A DNA stretch of 45,327 nt from an uncultured bacterium. GTDB lineage: Bacteria; Edwardsbacteria; AC1; EtOH8. The position numbers and the translations under genes are program-made. Where the stretch lies: contig CAWAAX010000022.1 of assembly GCA_963780225.1 (NCBI GenBank), positions 1-45,327 on the forward strand, given 5' to 3'. The notes under the pieces were generated by a model. The model was not told the origin of the DNA. It ran no database searches and worked only from the letters and a program-made list of their open reading frames with translations. Below are positions 1 to 8,536 of the stretch, in pieces. Within the stretch, counting starts at the first letter, position 1. Each line of letters starts with the position of its first letter.

Positions 1-70
1 ACCAAATTATCCAATATGGTAAATTTATAAATATGTTGCAAATATCGGGTAAAAATGATATCCTATGAAC

Positions 71-805
71 ATGGAACAAAAAGTAAGGCTCAATAAATTC
101 CTGGCCCAGTGCGGGGTGGCCTCGCGCCGCCAGGCGGACGAGATGATCGCGGCCGGACAGGTTACGGTCAACGGGAAAAAAGTGACCGAGCTGGGCACGG
201 TGATACTTCCCTCCCGCAGCACCGTCAAAGTGGGCGGCAAGCACATCAATCCGCCCAAGGTCCACCAGTACTGGGTCTTTAACAAGCCCAAGGGCTACCT
301 CTGCAGCCGGGGCGACCCCTACGGCCGGCCTACCATCTACGACGTGGTCCCCTTTTACCTGAAGAACATGAAATATGCCGGGAGGCTAGACCTGGACAGC
401 GAGGGACTGATGATCATGACCGACGACGGAGAGCTGATAGAGCAGATCACCCATCCCAGCAACCAGATCAAGCGGACCTACGTGGTCTGGGTGCGGGGCT
501 TGGTGCAGAAGGCAGAGCTGGACGAGTTGCAACAGGGGGTAGAATACGAGGGCGAACAGTACGCCCCGGCCCCGGCCAAAATACTGCGCTACGACCCCCG
601 GGAGCAGAATTCCTTTATTGAGATCACTATCCGGGAGGGCAAAAAGCGCGAGGTCAAGATGATGTTCCGGGCGCTGGGCCGCCAGGTGATGGAGCTGAAG
701 AGGATCTCCTTTGGTCCGGTAAAGCTGGAATACCTGCCGCTGGGCGAGGCCCGGCGAATGACCGATGAAGAACTGGCTCAAATAAAAAGAGGGCGGAAGA
801 AATAA
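71..805 (+). CDS. rluB: 23S rRNA pseudouridine synthase (RluB/RsuA family, N-terminal S4 domain)
   Basis: S4 motif VRLNKFLAQCGVASRRQADEMI; FNKPKG; catalytic AGRLDLDSEGL; EGKKREVK. The ORF track starts at 65; I prefer ATG 71 because a -10 box occupies 59-64. Confidence 0.85.
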   Translation: MEQKVRLNKFLAQCGVASRRQADEMIAAGQVTVNGKKVTELGTVILPSRSTVKVGGKHINPPKVHQYWVFNKPKGYLCSRGDPYGRPTIYDVVPFYLKNMKYAGRLDLDSEGLMIMTDDGELIEQITHPSNQIKRTYVVWVRGLVQKAELDELQQGVEYEGEQYAPAPAKILRYDPREQNSFIEITIREGKKREVKMMFRALGRQVMELKRISFGPVKLEYLPLGEARRMTDEELAQIKRGRKK

Positions 806-838
806 CTTCCGCCCTCTTTTTGTACCCGGGGTTTTATC

Positions 839-934
839 TGGCCACAAAAAGCACATAGGACACAAAATAAATGCTTGACGTTATTACACAGTAACCATAT
901 TACGCTTATGTGATTTTTGTGCTTTCTGTGGCCA
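839..934. repeat. Inverted pair of short 'GCCACA-AAAGCACA' repeats between convergent rluB and ilvE
   Basis: TGGCCACAAAAAGCACATAGGACACAAAA (839-867) is imperfectly complementary to TTATGTGATTTTTGTGCTTTCTGTGGCCA (906-934). Related copies occur near 24360, 24443, 43627 and 43708. Confidence 0.6.
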
Positions 935-959
935 AGTGTTAAACAGGACTAAAATAGTC

Positions 960-2030
960 TTATTTTACCTGATACACCCAGCCGTGCTTGTCCGGCAGTT
1001 TGCCGGTCTGGATGCCGGTTAGGGTATCAAAAAACTTCTTGGACCAGGGGCCGGCTTTCTTGCCCACCACGTATTCCTGGCCCTTATAGCTGAGCTTGCC
1101 CACCGGGCTGACCACGGCCGCGGTGCCAGCCGCAAAGATCTCGGTCACCTTCTGAAATTTGATGCCGTCCACCAGCTCGTCAATCGTCAACTGCCGCTGT
1201 TCGGCCCGGATGCCTATGTCCTCGGCTAGCTTTAGCACTGATTTGCGGGTAATGCCGCTTAAAATGCTACCGGACAGGGGAGGGGTTACCAGCACGTTCT
1301 CGATCACAAAAAAGATGTTCATGGCCCCCACCTCTTCGATGAACCGGTGTTCCCTGGCATCCAGCCACAGCACCTGGCTGTAGCCCCGGTCCTTGGCCTG
1401 CTGGGAAGCCAGCAGGCTGGCGGCGTAGTTGCCTCCGGTCTTGGCTTCGCCGGTGCCGCCCAGTGCCGCCCGGGTAAAGCTGTCCGAGACCCATAACCCT
1501 ACCGGATTGAACCCCTCAGGGAAATATGGACCGACAGGGGAGAGGATGATGTAGAACAGGTATTCGTCGGAAGCCTTGACCCCCAGAGCGGCCTCGGTGC
1601 CGATCACGGTGGGCCGGATGTAAAGGGAACAGCCTTCAGCAAAGGGGACCCAACGCTCTTCCAGCTTAACCAACTCGCAGACCGCTTGGATGACATCTTC
1701 TACCGGAATCTCTGGCATGCAGATCCGGCGCATGGAGTTATTCAGCCTTTTAGCGTTTTCCTCCGGCCGGAAAAGCAGGATCCTGCCGTCTGAAGACTTA
1801 TATGCTTTTTGGCCTTCAAAAACTTCCTGGCTGTAGTGGAAAACATTGGCTGCCGGATCCAGAACCAGAGGCTGGTAAGGCTTGATCTCCGGGTTGTGCC
1901 AGCCCAGTTTCCGGTTGAAGGACATGGTGAACATGTAATCGGTGAAGGTGCGGCCAAACTGGAGCTTCATGGGGTCGGAATAGAGGGGCTTCAGTTTTTC
2001 TTTGGGCAACAGAGTGGTTTGAATGTTCAT
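960..2030 (-). CDS. ilvE: Branched-chain amino acid aminotransferase (PLP class IV)
   Basis: FHYSQEVFEGQKAY, LFRPEENAKRL, LYIRP, GTGEAKTGGNYAASL (PLP Lys), EEVGAMNIF, ILSGITRKSV, GTAAVVSPVG. Confidence 0.95.
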   Translation of the reverse strand: MNIQTTLLPKEKLKPLYSDPMKLQFGRTFTDYMFTMSFNRKLGWHNPEIKPYQPLVLDPAANVFHYSQEVFEGQKAYKSSDGRILLFRPEENAKRLNNSMRRICMPEIPVEDVIQAVCELVKLEERWVPFAEGCSLYIRPTVIGTEAALGVKASDEYLFYIILSPVGPYFPEGFNPVGLWVSDSFTRAALGGTGEAKTGGNYAASLLASQQAKDRGYSQVLWLDAREHRFIEEVGAMNIFFVIENVLVTPPLSGSILSGITRKSVLKLAEDIGIRAEQRQLTIDELVDGIKFQKVTEIFAAGTAAVVSPVGKLSYKGQEYVVGKKAGPWSKKFFDTLTGIQTGKLPDKHGWVYQVK

Positions 2031-2067
2031 TTTAACGCCTTAAAGATTAAAGATGAAACGATTATTA

Positions 2068-2096
2068 ATTATAAAACTTAATCCATTAAATGTCAA
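2068..2096 (-). promoter_or_regulatory. Consensus sigma70 promoter for ilvE
   Basis: Minus strand reads TTGACA-17 nt-TATAAT exactly, about 38 nt upstream of the ilvE ATG. Confidence 0.8.
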
Positions 2097-2110
2097 ACAA
2101 AACCGGTGAT

Positions 2111-2126
2111 TGTTTCACGTGAAACA
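2111..2126. promoter_or_regulatory. parS: parS centromere-like site 1 (ParB binding)
   Basis: Perfect consensus TGTTTCACGTGAAACA; the palindrome extends to GATTGTTTCACGTGAAACAATC (2108-2129). Confidence 0.92.
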
Positions 2127-2144
2127 ATCTAATCAGAAAAATAT

Positions 2145-2178
2145 AAAAACGGGCATCCCAGTCAACCTGGAACGCCCG
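2145..2178 (-). terminator. Rho-independent terminator downstream of the beta-barrel gene
   Basis: Minus strand stem CGGGCGTTCCA / TGGGATGCCCG followed by TTTTT. Confidence 0.65.
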
Positions 2179-2182
2179 AAAG

Positions 2183-2198
2183 TGTTTCACGTGAAACA
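2183..2198. promoter_or_regulatory. parS: parS centromere-like site 2 (ParB binding)
   Basis: Perfect consensus TGTTTCACGTGAAACA abutting the stop codon of the 2199-3302 gene. Confidence 0.92.
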
Positions 2199-3302
2199 TT
2201 AAAAACTATACTCAAACGTGGCCGACAAAAGCATCCGGGAAAAGTCGTAATAAGGATCGTTGGAGGAATTGATCAGATAATTACCCCCCAAAATAAGACG
2301 GGTTGCCTTGGCCTCTAACTCTCCCAACCCCAGGGTCAGTTCAACCCCCAGCTCAGTGATGGCATCTTTTCGTAAGTTTGCGCTGGGGAGCCGATTAAAG
2401 GGGCTGGAATCTTTGGGTACTTCTTGATAGGCATAAAGCGAGGAAAAGTCCTTATTATTGTAGTTGCCATAGGCTACCACCTTATTGCCTTCGGGAGTTA
2501 AAAATGTTAGCTGGGCCTCCAAACGGTTGCCCCGGTAGTCAAAATACTCGGCCACTTCGCGCAAAAGGGTGTCGGGCATATAGAAACTGTCGGCCGTGAC
2601 TTTGTTTTGTTGGGTTCCAAAGGATAACGCCAACCCAACATGTTGTCCTAACGCCTGGGTAAATTTTATCCGGGGGCTTAAATAGACAATGCTCTGGGGC
2701 GCCAGGGTATCGTTGCCGGAAAGGTAGCTCTTCCGGTTATAGTTGGCCAGGCCGGTCAAGGCGGTATTGGTGGGTAAAAACAGGCTCAGAGAACCGACAA
2801 CATCAAAAGCATTAAAGTCGTAATTTTGAAAATAACTGAAAGTTGTTTTTCCGACTGAACCGTCAAGCTTTAAAAGTACGGGCCGGGCCAGATATAGTTT
2901 TGATTCCAAAATCGCTGCGGTAGAACTGTTGTCATAATACATGCGGTCGGCCGAATTTATTTGGGTCTCAAAAGATCCTCCCAGGCCGGCATAACCGTCT
3001 TTGCCGATGTCAAAAACCAGCAGGGCAGTGGCCAGGTGGTCATTATGGCTTCTTCCCAAATAACTTAAATAAGCGCTGTAACTTCCTGAATAATCAGCGC
3101 TTAAGGAAAGAGGGGAGTCCCCGAAAGGCCAGTCGGCTGCCAGGTCTAAAAATGCTCCCAGGGTCATGGTTCCTCCCCCTAAGGCATCTGAAAAGGCATT
3201 GCTGTTGTAGTCTGTCCAGACGCCGGCCGTGCCGGAAATCTGGCCAAAGGCCAAGGTGGCCCCCAAGGCCGGCAAAAGCAACAGGAACAATAGTTTTTTC
3301 AT
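2199..3302 (-). CDS. Putative outer-membrane beta-barrel protein
   Basis: Signal peptide MKKLLFLLLLPALGATLAFG; alternating Y/F/G/S amphipathic strands; C-terminal ATFEYSF beta-signal; GGAG RBS before ATG 3302. Confidence 0.7.
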   Translation of the reverse strand: MKKLLFLLLLPALGATLAFGQISGTAGVWTDYNSNAFSDALGGGTMTLGAFLDLAADWPFGDSPLSLSADYSGSYSAYLSYLGRSHNDHLATALLVFDIGKDGYAGLGGSFETQINSADRMYYDNSSTAAILESKLYLARPVLLKLDGSVGKTTFSYFQNYDFNAFDVVGSLSLFLPTNTALTGLANYNRKSYLSGNDTLAPQSIVYLSPRIKFTQALGQHVGLALSFGTQQNKVTADSFYMPDTLLREVAEYFDYRGNRLEAQLTFLTPEGNKVVAYGNYNNKDFSSLYAYQEVPKDSSPFNRLPSANLRKDAITELGVELTLGLGELEAKATRLILGGNYLINSSNDPYYDFSRMLLSATFEYSF

Positions 3303-3495
3303 AGTTATCTCCATGAGTTAATCTGGTTTTTGCTTTCCACCCGCCGGCTTATACAAAGTCACAAGTTGCTTAGTTGCCCGGTGGTCGTGTTTTAAAGGGG
3401 AAGGGACAAAGGCTTTTAAAGGAGAGAGATTTTAATCTTCAATTCGTAGGATGTTCTGATGGTCATGGTGTTTTCGGCAGAAAATTTAAAACTAC

Positions 3496-3533
3496 AAAAA
3501 CCGCAGATTTAATTATTATTAAATCTGCGGTTT
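3496..3533 (-). terminator. Rho-independent terminator after the Q/T/K-rich secreted protein gene
   Basis: AAACCGCAGATTTAAT-TATT-ATTAAATCTGCGGTTT inverted repeat with a T-tract on the minus strand. Confidence 0.75.
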
Positions 3534-3557
3534 GTCAAAGTCTTTCAGGCAATAAAT

Positions 3558-4100
3558 TTAGTTGTTGCCATTGCCCGATCCGGAGCCCTGTCTGCTGCCG
3601 GAACCGCCGCCCTGAGGAACCATGCTTTCGCTGGTCTGTTTCTTGGTCCGGGTGCGGGTTTGTTTTTTTGTCTGTTCTTTTTTCTGTTCCTTGGTCTGGG
3701 TAGAATCGCAGATTCCGTCACCATCTTCATCGCGGTACCGAGTTTGAGTCATGTCTCCCTGGCCCTTGTCTCCTTCTTCGGTGCGAGTTCTGACCTTCTG
3801 GTCTGTTCCCTTGTTCTGGGTGCGAACTTTGTTCTGCACCTTGACCTGAGCAGAGTCGCCTTCGCCGGATTTTTGGGCTGTTCTGGTCCTGGTTTGAATC
3901 ATTTTTCCCTGGCCGGAATCCGCCAAGGCTTCATTTTGGGTCTGTTCCCGATTTTGGATCTGTAGTTGCTGCTCGGCTCCATCATTCTGTGTCTTAAGCT
4001 GGTTCTTTATTACTAAAGAGTCAGCATCTTGGGCTACTGCCATCGGGGCCAGCAATGCCACTATTGCCAAGGCCAAAGCCAGGTTGAGAATGGTTTTCAT
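3558..4100 (-). CDS. Secreted low-complexity Q/T/K/R-rich protein with a DxDGDG (Ca-binding-like) motif
   Basis: Signal peptide ending AVA-Q; repeated QTR/TQN/RTR units; RYRDEDGDGICD; Gly/Ser tail; GAGGA RBS. Confidence 0.75.
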   Translation of the reverse strand: MKTILNLALALAIVALLAPMAVAQDADSLVIKNQLKTQNDGAEQQLQIQNREQTQNEALADSGQGKMIQTRTRTAQKSGEGDSAQVKVQNKVRTQNKGTDQKVRTRTEEGDKGQGDMTQTRYRDEDGDGICDSTQTKEQKKEQTKKQTRTRTKKQTSESMVPQGGGSGSRQGSGSGNGNN

Positions 4101-4144
4101 GGTTCCTCCTATTTTGGTTAATTTTATTTTTCAGGTTATATACA

Positions 4145-4173
4145 TTAGATGCTGTCCCGGAGGTTTTGGTTCC
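4145..4173 (-). promoter_or_regulatory. Candidate ECF (sigmaE/AlgU-type) promoter
   Basis: Minus strand GGAACCA-17 nt-TCTAA, about 45 nt upstream of ATG 4100. Confidence 0.5.
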
Positions 4174-4252
4174 CCTGGGAAAATAAATTTCCCATAATGC
4201 TATCCCCTGCCTTGTTTTAATGAATAGGATATGCTATCATAATATCCTGAAT

Positions 4253-6169
4253 ATGTCAAATAAATACGATATAATAATTATCGGCGGAGGACATGCCGGA
4301 ATCGAGGCAGCTTTAGCCTGCGCTAAAATGGGGCTGAATACCGCGCTGTTTACCATGTCGCTGGACAGGATCGGCTGGATGTCTTGTAACCCCTCCATCG
4401 GAGGCCTGGCCAAAAGCCAGCTGGTAAAAGAGATAGACGCGCTAGGCGGAGAGATGGGGCTGTTGGCCGATGCCACAGGGATCCAGTTCCGGATGCTCAA
4501 CCTAAGCAAGGGGCCGGCGGTGTGGTCGTTAAGGGCTCAGTGCGACCGGCAGATCTATTCCACCGAAGCCAAAAAAGCTTTGGAACGTCAGGATGGTTTG
4601 GAGATCAAGCAAGGCACGGCCATCAGTTTGCTGGTGGACAAGGATGGTTCCAGCAAGACGATCCGGGGGATAGTGGCCGACGGCGGCCGGGAGTTCTTGT
4701 GCCGGGCGGTAATAATTGCCACCGGAACATTTTTGAACGGGCTCATTCACATCGGACCGAAAACCTTTCCAGCTGGCAGGGCCGGGGAGCCGGCGGCCAC
4801 GGAAATCTCCAAGTCGCTCATATGCAATGGCTTAGGTCTGGGCAGATTGAAAACTGGCACACCAGCCCGGGTAAATGCCAGGTCGGTTGATTTCTCCAAA
4901 ATGGATTTGCATCCGGGCGATGATGATCCCCAGCATTTTTCCAACCGGACCGAAGTTTACGAGACCATCAGTCACCGCACCGGGCAAAAAAGGCGGATCT
5001 GGCCAAAGCTGGAACAGGTGCCTTGCCATCTGACCCAGACCAACGAGACCACTCATAAAATAATCTCCGAGAACATAGGAAGCTCTCCCCTGTACTCGGG
5101 AAAGATAAAAGGCATCGGCCCCCGCTACTGTCCATCAATAGAGGACAAGGTGGTTCGTTTCTCCGGGCGCAGCCACCACCAGGTGTTCATCGAACCGGAG
5201 GGGCTGAATACCGATGAATTGTATTTAAACGGCATTTCATCCTCTCTGCCAGAGGAGGTGCAGGAACAATTCATCCACAGCATCGCCGGGCTGGAACAGG
5301 CAAAGATCATGCGGTTCGGATATGCCATAGAATACGACTATGTTTTTCCCACCCAGCTTTTTCCCACCCTGGAGGTCAAGCAGATCAGCGGCCTGTATCT
5401 GGCCGGGCAGATCAACGGGACTTCGGGCTACGAAGAGGCGGCCGCCCAGGGGCTTTTGGCCGGGGTCAACGCGGCTTTAAAAATAAAGAAGCAGGGACCT
5501 CTTATCCTGCGCCGGGATCAGGCCTACATAGGCGTGCTGATCGACGACCTGGTAACCAAGGGCACGGAAGAACCATACCGGATGTTCACCTCCCGGGCCG
5601 AGCACCGGCTGTTACTGCGCCAGGACAATGCTCCGGAAAGACTTTTGCCGCTGGGACGTCAGTTGGGGCTGGTGGGCGACGATGTCTGGGGACGATTCCA
5701 AAGCCGGCAGGACAGGATCAACAAGGAACTGGACCGGCTGGGCCGGGAAACGATTTTCCCGGAACAGGCCAACGACATATTGCAGGACCTCCATACTGCG
5801 CCCTTGTCCGAGGCTTGCCGGCTGGACGATCTGCTGAAGCGCCCGGGAATAAGCTATGCATCCCTTCTGCCGTTGGACCAGCACCGTCCGGAACTTGACC
5901 GGGAAATTACGGAGCGGGTGGAGATAGAGATAAAATATCAAGGCTACATTAAAAGACAGCAAGAGACGGCGGACAAGACGGCGGAGCTGGAGTATAAGGC
6001 AGTTCCGGCCGGCCTGGACTATTCCGCCGTTTACGGGCTTTCGGGCGAGGCCCGGCAAAAACTGGCGGCCATCAAGCCGCTGTCCATAGGGCAGGCCACC
6101 CGCATCTCGGGAATCACGCCGTCGGACATCGGGGTGTTGCTGGTGCATCTAAAGAAAACGGGGATTTAA
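4253..6169 (+). CDS. mnmG: tRNA uridine-5-carboxymethylaminomethyl(34) synthesis enzyme MnmG (GidA)
   Basis: [83 protein letters not shown]. Confidence 0.98.
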   Translation: MSNKYDIIIIGGGHAGIEAALACAKMGLNTALFTMSLDRIGWMSCNPSIGGLAKSQLVKEIDALGGEMGLLADATGIQFRMLNLSKGPAVWSLRAQCDRQIYSTEAKKALERQDGLEIKQGTAISLLVDKDGSSKTIRGIVADGGREFLCRAVIIATGTFLNGLIHIGPKTFPAGRAGEPAATEISKSLICNGLGLGRLKTGTPARVNARSVDFSKMDLHPGDDDPQHFSNRTEVYETISHRTGQKRRIWPKLEQVPCHLTQTNETTHKIISENIGSSPLYSGKIKGIGPRYCPSIEDKVVRFSGRSHHQVFIEPEGLNTDELYLNGISSSLPEEVQEQFIHSIAGLEQAKIMRFGYAIEYDYVFPTQLFPTLEVKQISGLYLAGQINGTSGYEEAAAQGLLAGVNAALKIKKQGPLILRRDQAYIGVLIDDLVTKGTEEPYRMFTSRAEHRLLLRQDNAPERLLPLGRQLGLVGDDVWGRFQSRQDRINKELDRLGRETIFPEQANDILQDLHTAPLSEACRLDDLLKRPGISYASLLPLDQHRPELDREITERVEIEIKYQGYIKRQQETADKTAELEYKAVPAGLDYSAVYGLSGEARQKLAAIKPLSIGQATRISGITPSDIGVLLVHLKKTGI

Positions 6170-6317
6170 CAGGTGACGGGAGCCAAGCGAACCCTTAAAT
6201 CCTGTAATATTTTCCTTGATATTTGCTTCCTTTTTTGGATATTATAAGCAGTAGAAAATTCCGGAAAAACAGCAAAACAAAATAATCCGCCGCAATAAAG
6301 TTTAAGGAGTTTTCATC

Positions 6318-8291
6318 ATGAGAAAAATCGCGTTATGGTTAATTCTATCCGTGCTTCCTTCGCTGCTGCTGGCCCAAGCCATAAAGTTTGAATTCTCCAA
6401 TATCCGGTTCAAGCCCGGCTCGGCGGTCATAGAAACCGCCACTCTACCGGCTTTGGATGCGTTGGGCCAGTTCCTGATGCGTTCCGGCGCCAAGGTGGAG
6501 GTGGCCGGCCATACCGACAATGCCGGCAACAAAACAGTTAATCAAAAACTATCTCAGCAGAGGGCCCAATCGGTCTGCAACTACCTTATATCCAAGCACC
6601 GGATAGCATCATCTAAGCTGTCAGCCAAGGGATACGGAGATCTGATTCCCTTAATGCCCAACCTGACAGACGAATACCGGGCCAGGAACCGCCGGGTGGA
6701 AATAACGGTCCTCTCCAAGATCAGGACCGCCAGATTATCCTATCTCCAGGGCAATGTTTTTGTTCGTAAGCAAGGCATCAGCAAATTCCAGCCGGCCGCC
6801 GCAAGTCAGGCGCTGACCATCCTGGACGAAGTTGTTACCGATTCCACCGGCCGGGCCGAGATAACATTTGACAACGGTTCCCGGGTAAGGATAAATCCCA
6901 GCTCGGACCTGGTGATCGAAGAGCAGTCCTGGGAGGAGGGAAGCAAAAAGGCCCAGATAGGCCTGAACTTGATTGCCGGAAAAGCCTACGCCAGGATCAG
7001 CAAGCTGGGGGACAAAAAAGAAAGCTTTACGCTGGCGACGCCAACTGCGGTAGCCGGGAAGGGCACCGAATTTGTGGTGGAATCAAAATCTGACCGGACC
7101 GCCCTGTTATCGGTGTGGGAGGACAATGTGATGTGGCGGGGGCGGACCGCCAATTCAATTGAAAGGTCTATCAAAGCCGCCCAGGGAAGCCGCTGCCTGT
7201 CCGGCCAGCATCCGCAACCGGCGGTGGATCTGCCCAAGCCGCCCATGCCCAAATCCCCGGCGGCCAATGACACGTTCTTCTATAATCCCGACAAGCCCAA
7301 AAACATAAAGTTTACCTGGAGCAGGAGCGAAGGGGTTAAAGCCCATCTGATTGTGGCCCGGGATTACGAGATGAAAGAGGTGGTATCCGATATCATCACG
7401 GAAAAGGAATCTTTCAGCCTTAAGCCGGGAAAGACCGACGACGTTTTTTACTGGATGCTGACGGCCCTGGATGACATCGGTCTGGAGAGCCAGCCCTGGC
7501 CTATCCGCACCCTGAGGCTGGTCCGCAAGATAGAGGGGCCCAGGCTGAGGATAGGACGTCCCAAGATGGGAGAGAAGGTAAACCAGTTGAAACTGATGGT
7601 GGACGGATCCACCGACCTTAAAACAGAGTTGACTATCAATGGCCAGCCAGCCCTGGTTTCGGATATCGGAGATTTCAGCGAGCAGGTACTGCTGAAGGCT
7701 GGAGAGAATGTGATCACCGTGGTCGCCGCCGATCGGGCCGGGAACGAAAGCGCCACTATCCTAAAAATAATCTGTACGCCGGCCCCGGTCTTTGATGCTG
7801 CACTGAATGGCGGAATCATAAAGTTTTTGGGAGGCAAGGTTGACGCGTTCTCCCCCGGGTTATTGGGTGCGGGCAGGTTGGTCTACAATCTTAACCAGCA
7901 CTGGGGACTGGGGGTGACGGTTGGTTACGGACAGTCGGGACTCAACCCGATGGAACAGGAATCCAACACCGATCAATACACCATCACCGCAGTTCCGGCG
8001 GCGGCGTTGGGGCGCTATATGATTCTGCCGGAGGCTAAGATATCGCCCTACGCCACGTTGGAGGCCGGGGCGGTGTTTTGGCAGAATAAACAGGCGGAAA
8101 CAACTATAACCAGCGGAACCTCAATATTTGGGGCCCTGGGGACCGGAGTAAGATTTATCGTCAATGAAAGGATAAGCATCCTGTCAGAAGTCTCGGCCGG
8201 ATATATGATGGCCGACACCGTTAATGCCGGACCAATTGACCGGAACAATCTTATCGTCCGGGGCGGGGCGGGGGTGATGTTCGGGTTTTAA
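6318..8291 (+). CDS. OmpA-like peptidoglycan-binding / FecR / Ig-like / C-terminal beta-barrel multidomain protein
   Basis: Signal peptide; VAGHTDNAG..NQKLSQQRAQSV..NRRVEI (OmpA C-like); RAEITFDNGSRVRINPSS..TPTAVAGKGTEF (FecR-like); LKAGENVITVVAADRAGN (Ig-like); amphipathic strands ending GAGVMFGF. Confidence 0.8.
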   Translation: MRKIALWLILSVLPSLLLAQAIKFEFSNIRFKPGSAVIETATLPALDALGQFLMRSGAKVEVAGHTDNAGNKTVNQKLSQQRAQSVCNYLISKHRIASSKLSAKGYGDLIPLMPNLTDEYRARNRRVEITVLSKIRTARLSYLQGNVFVRKQGISKFQPAAASQALTILDEVVTDSTGRAEITFDNGSRVRINPSSDLVIEEQSWEEGSKKAQIGLNLIAGKAYARISKLGDKKESFTLATPTAVAGKGTEFVVESKSDRTALLSVWEDNVMWRGRTANSIERSIKAAQGSRCLSGQHPQPAVDLPKPPMPKSPAANDTFFYNPDKPKNIKFTWSRSEGVKAHLIVARDYEMKEVVSDIITEKESFSLKPGKTDDVFYWMLTALDDIGLESQPWPIRTLRLVRKIEGPRLRIGRPKMGEKVNQLKLMVDGSTDLKTELTINGQPALVSDIGDFSEQVLLKAGENVITVVAADRAGNESATILKIICTPAPVFDAALNGGIIKFLGGKVDAFSPGLLGAGRLVYNLNQHWGLGVTVGYGQSGLNPMEQESNTDQYTITAVPAAALGRYMILPEAKISPYATLEAGAVFWQNKQAETTITSGTSIFGALGTGVRFIVNERISILSEVSAGYMMADTVNAGPIDRNNLIVRGGAGVMFGF

Positions 8292-8366
8292 TAAGCAGGT
8301 ACGTACCGCGTCTACTTTCCGAGACACGGAATAGTTCATCTCTGAAATAGTTAGTCCAGAAAATAA

Positions 8367-8398
8367 AAAAGAGGCCGTCTTAAAAGACGGCCTCTTTT
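8367..8398. terminator. Bidirectional rho-independent terminator
   Basis: AAAAGAGGCCGTCTT-A-AAGACGGCCTCTTTT between convergent genes. Confidence 0.85.
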
Positions 8399-8536
8399 GT
8401 TTATTTGGAGAGATCACGGTAAACTCCCAGGCAATATGACTTAACTATTATCGGTCCTTCGCAGGTCATATTTTTCAGGAGATCTTTTGATTGGTCTGAA
8501 ATACGTTTACTGCACCTGCCGGGATCCCAAAAAAAA

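Noticed and set aside
4935..5015. Slightly long loop in MnmG ([20 protein letters not shown]) as an intein or insertion element
   Set aside because: Too short for an intein, lacks splice motifs, and falls in a loop that appears naturally variable.
1..6300. oriC / DnaA-box cluster near mnmG and parS
   Set aside because: No exact TTATCCACA box or cluster was seen; only isolated weak matches.
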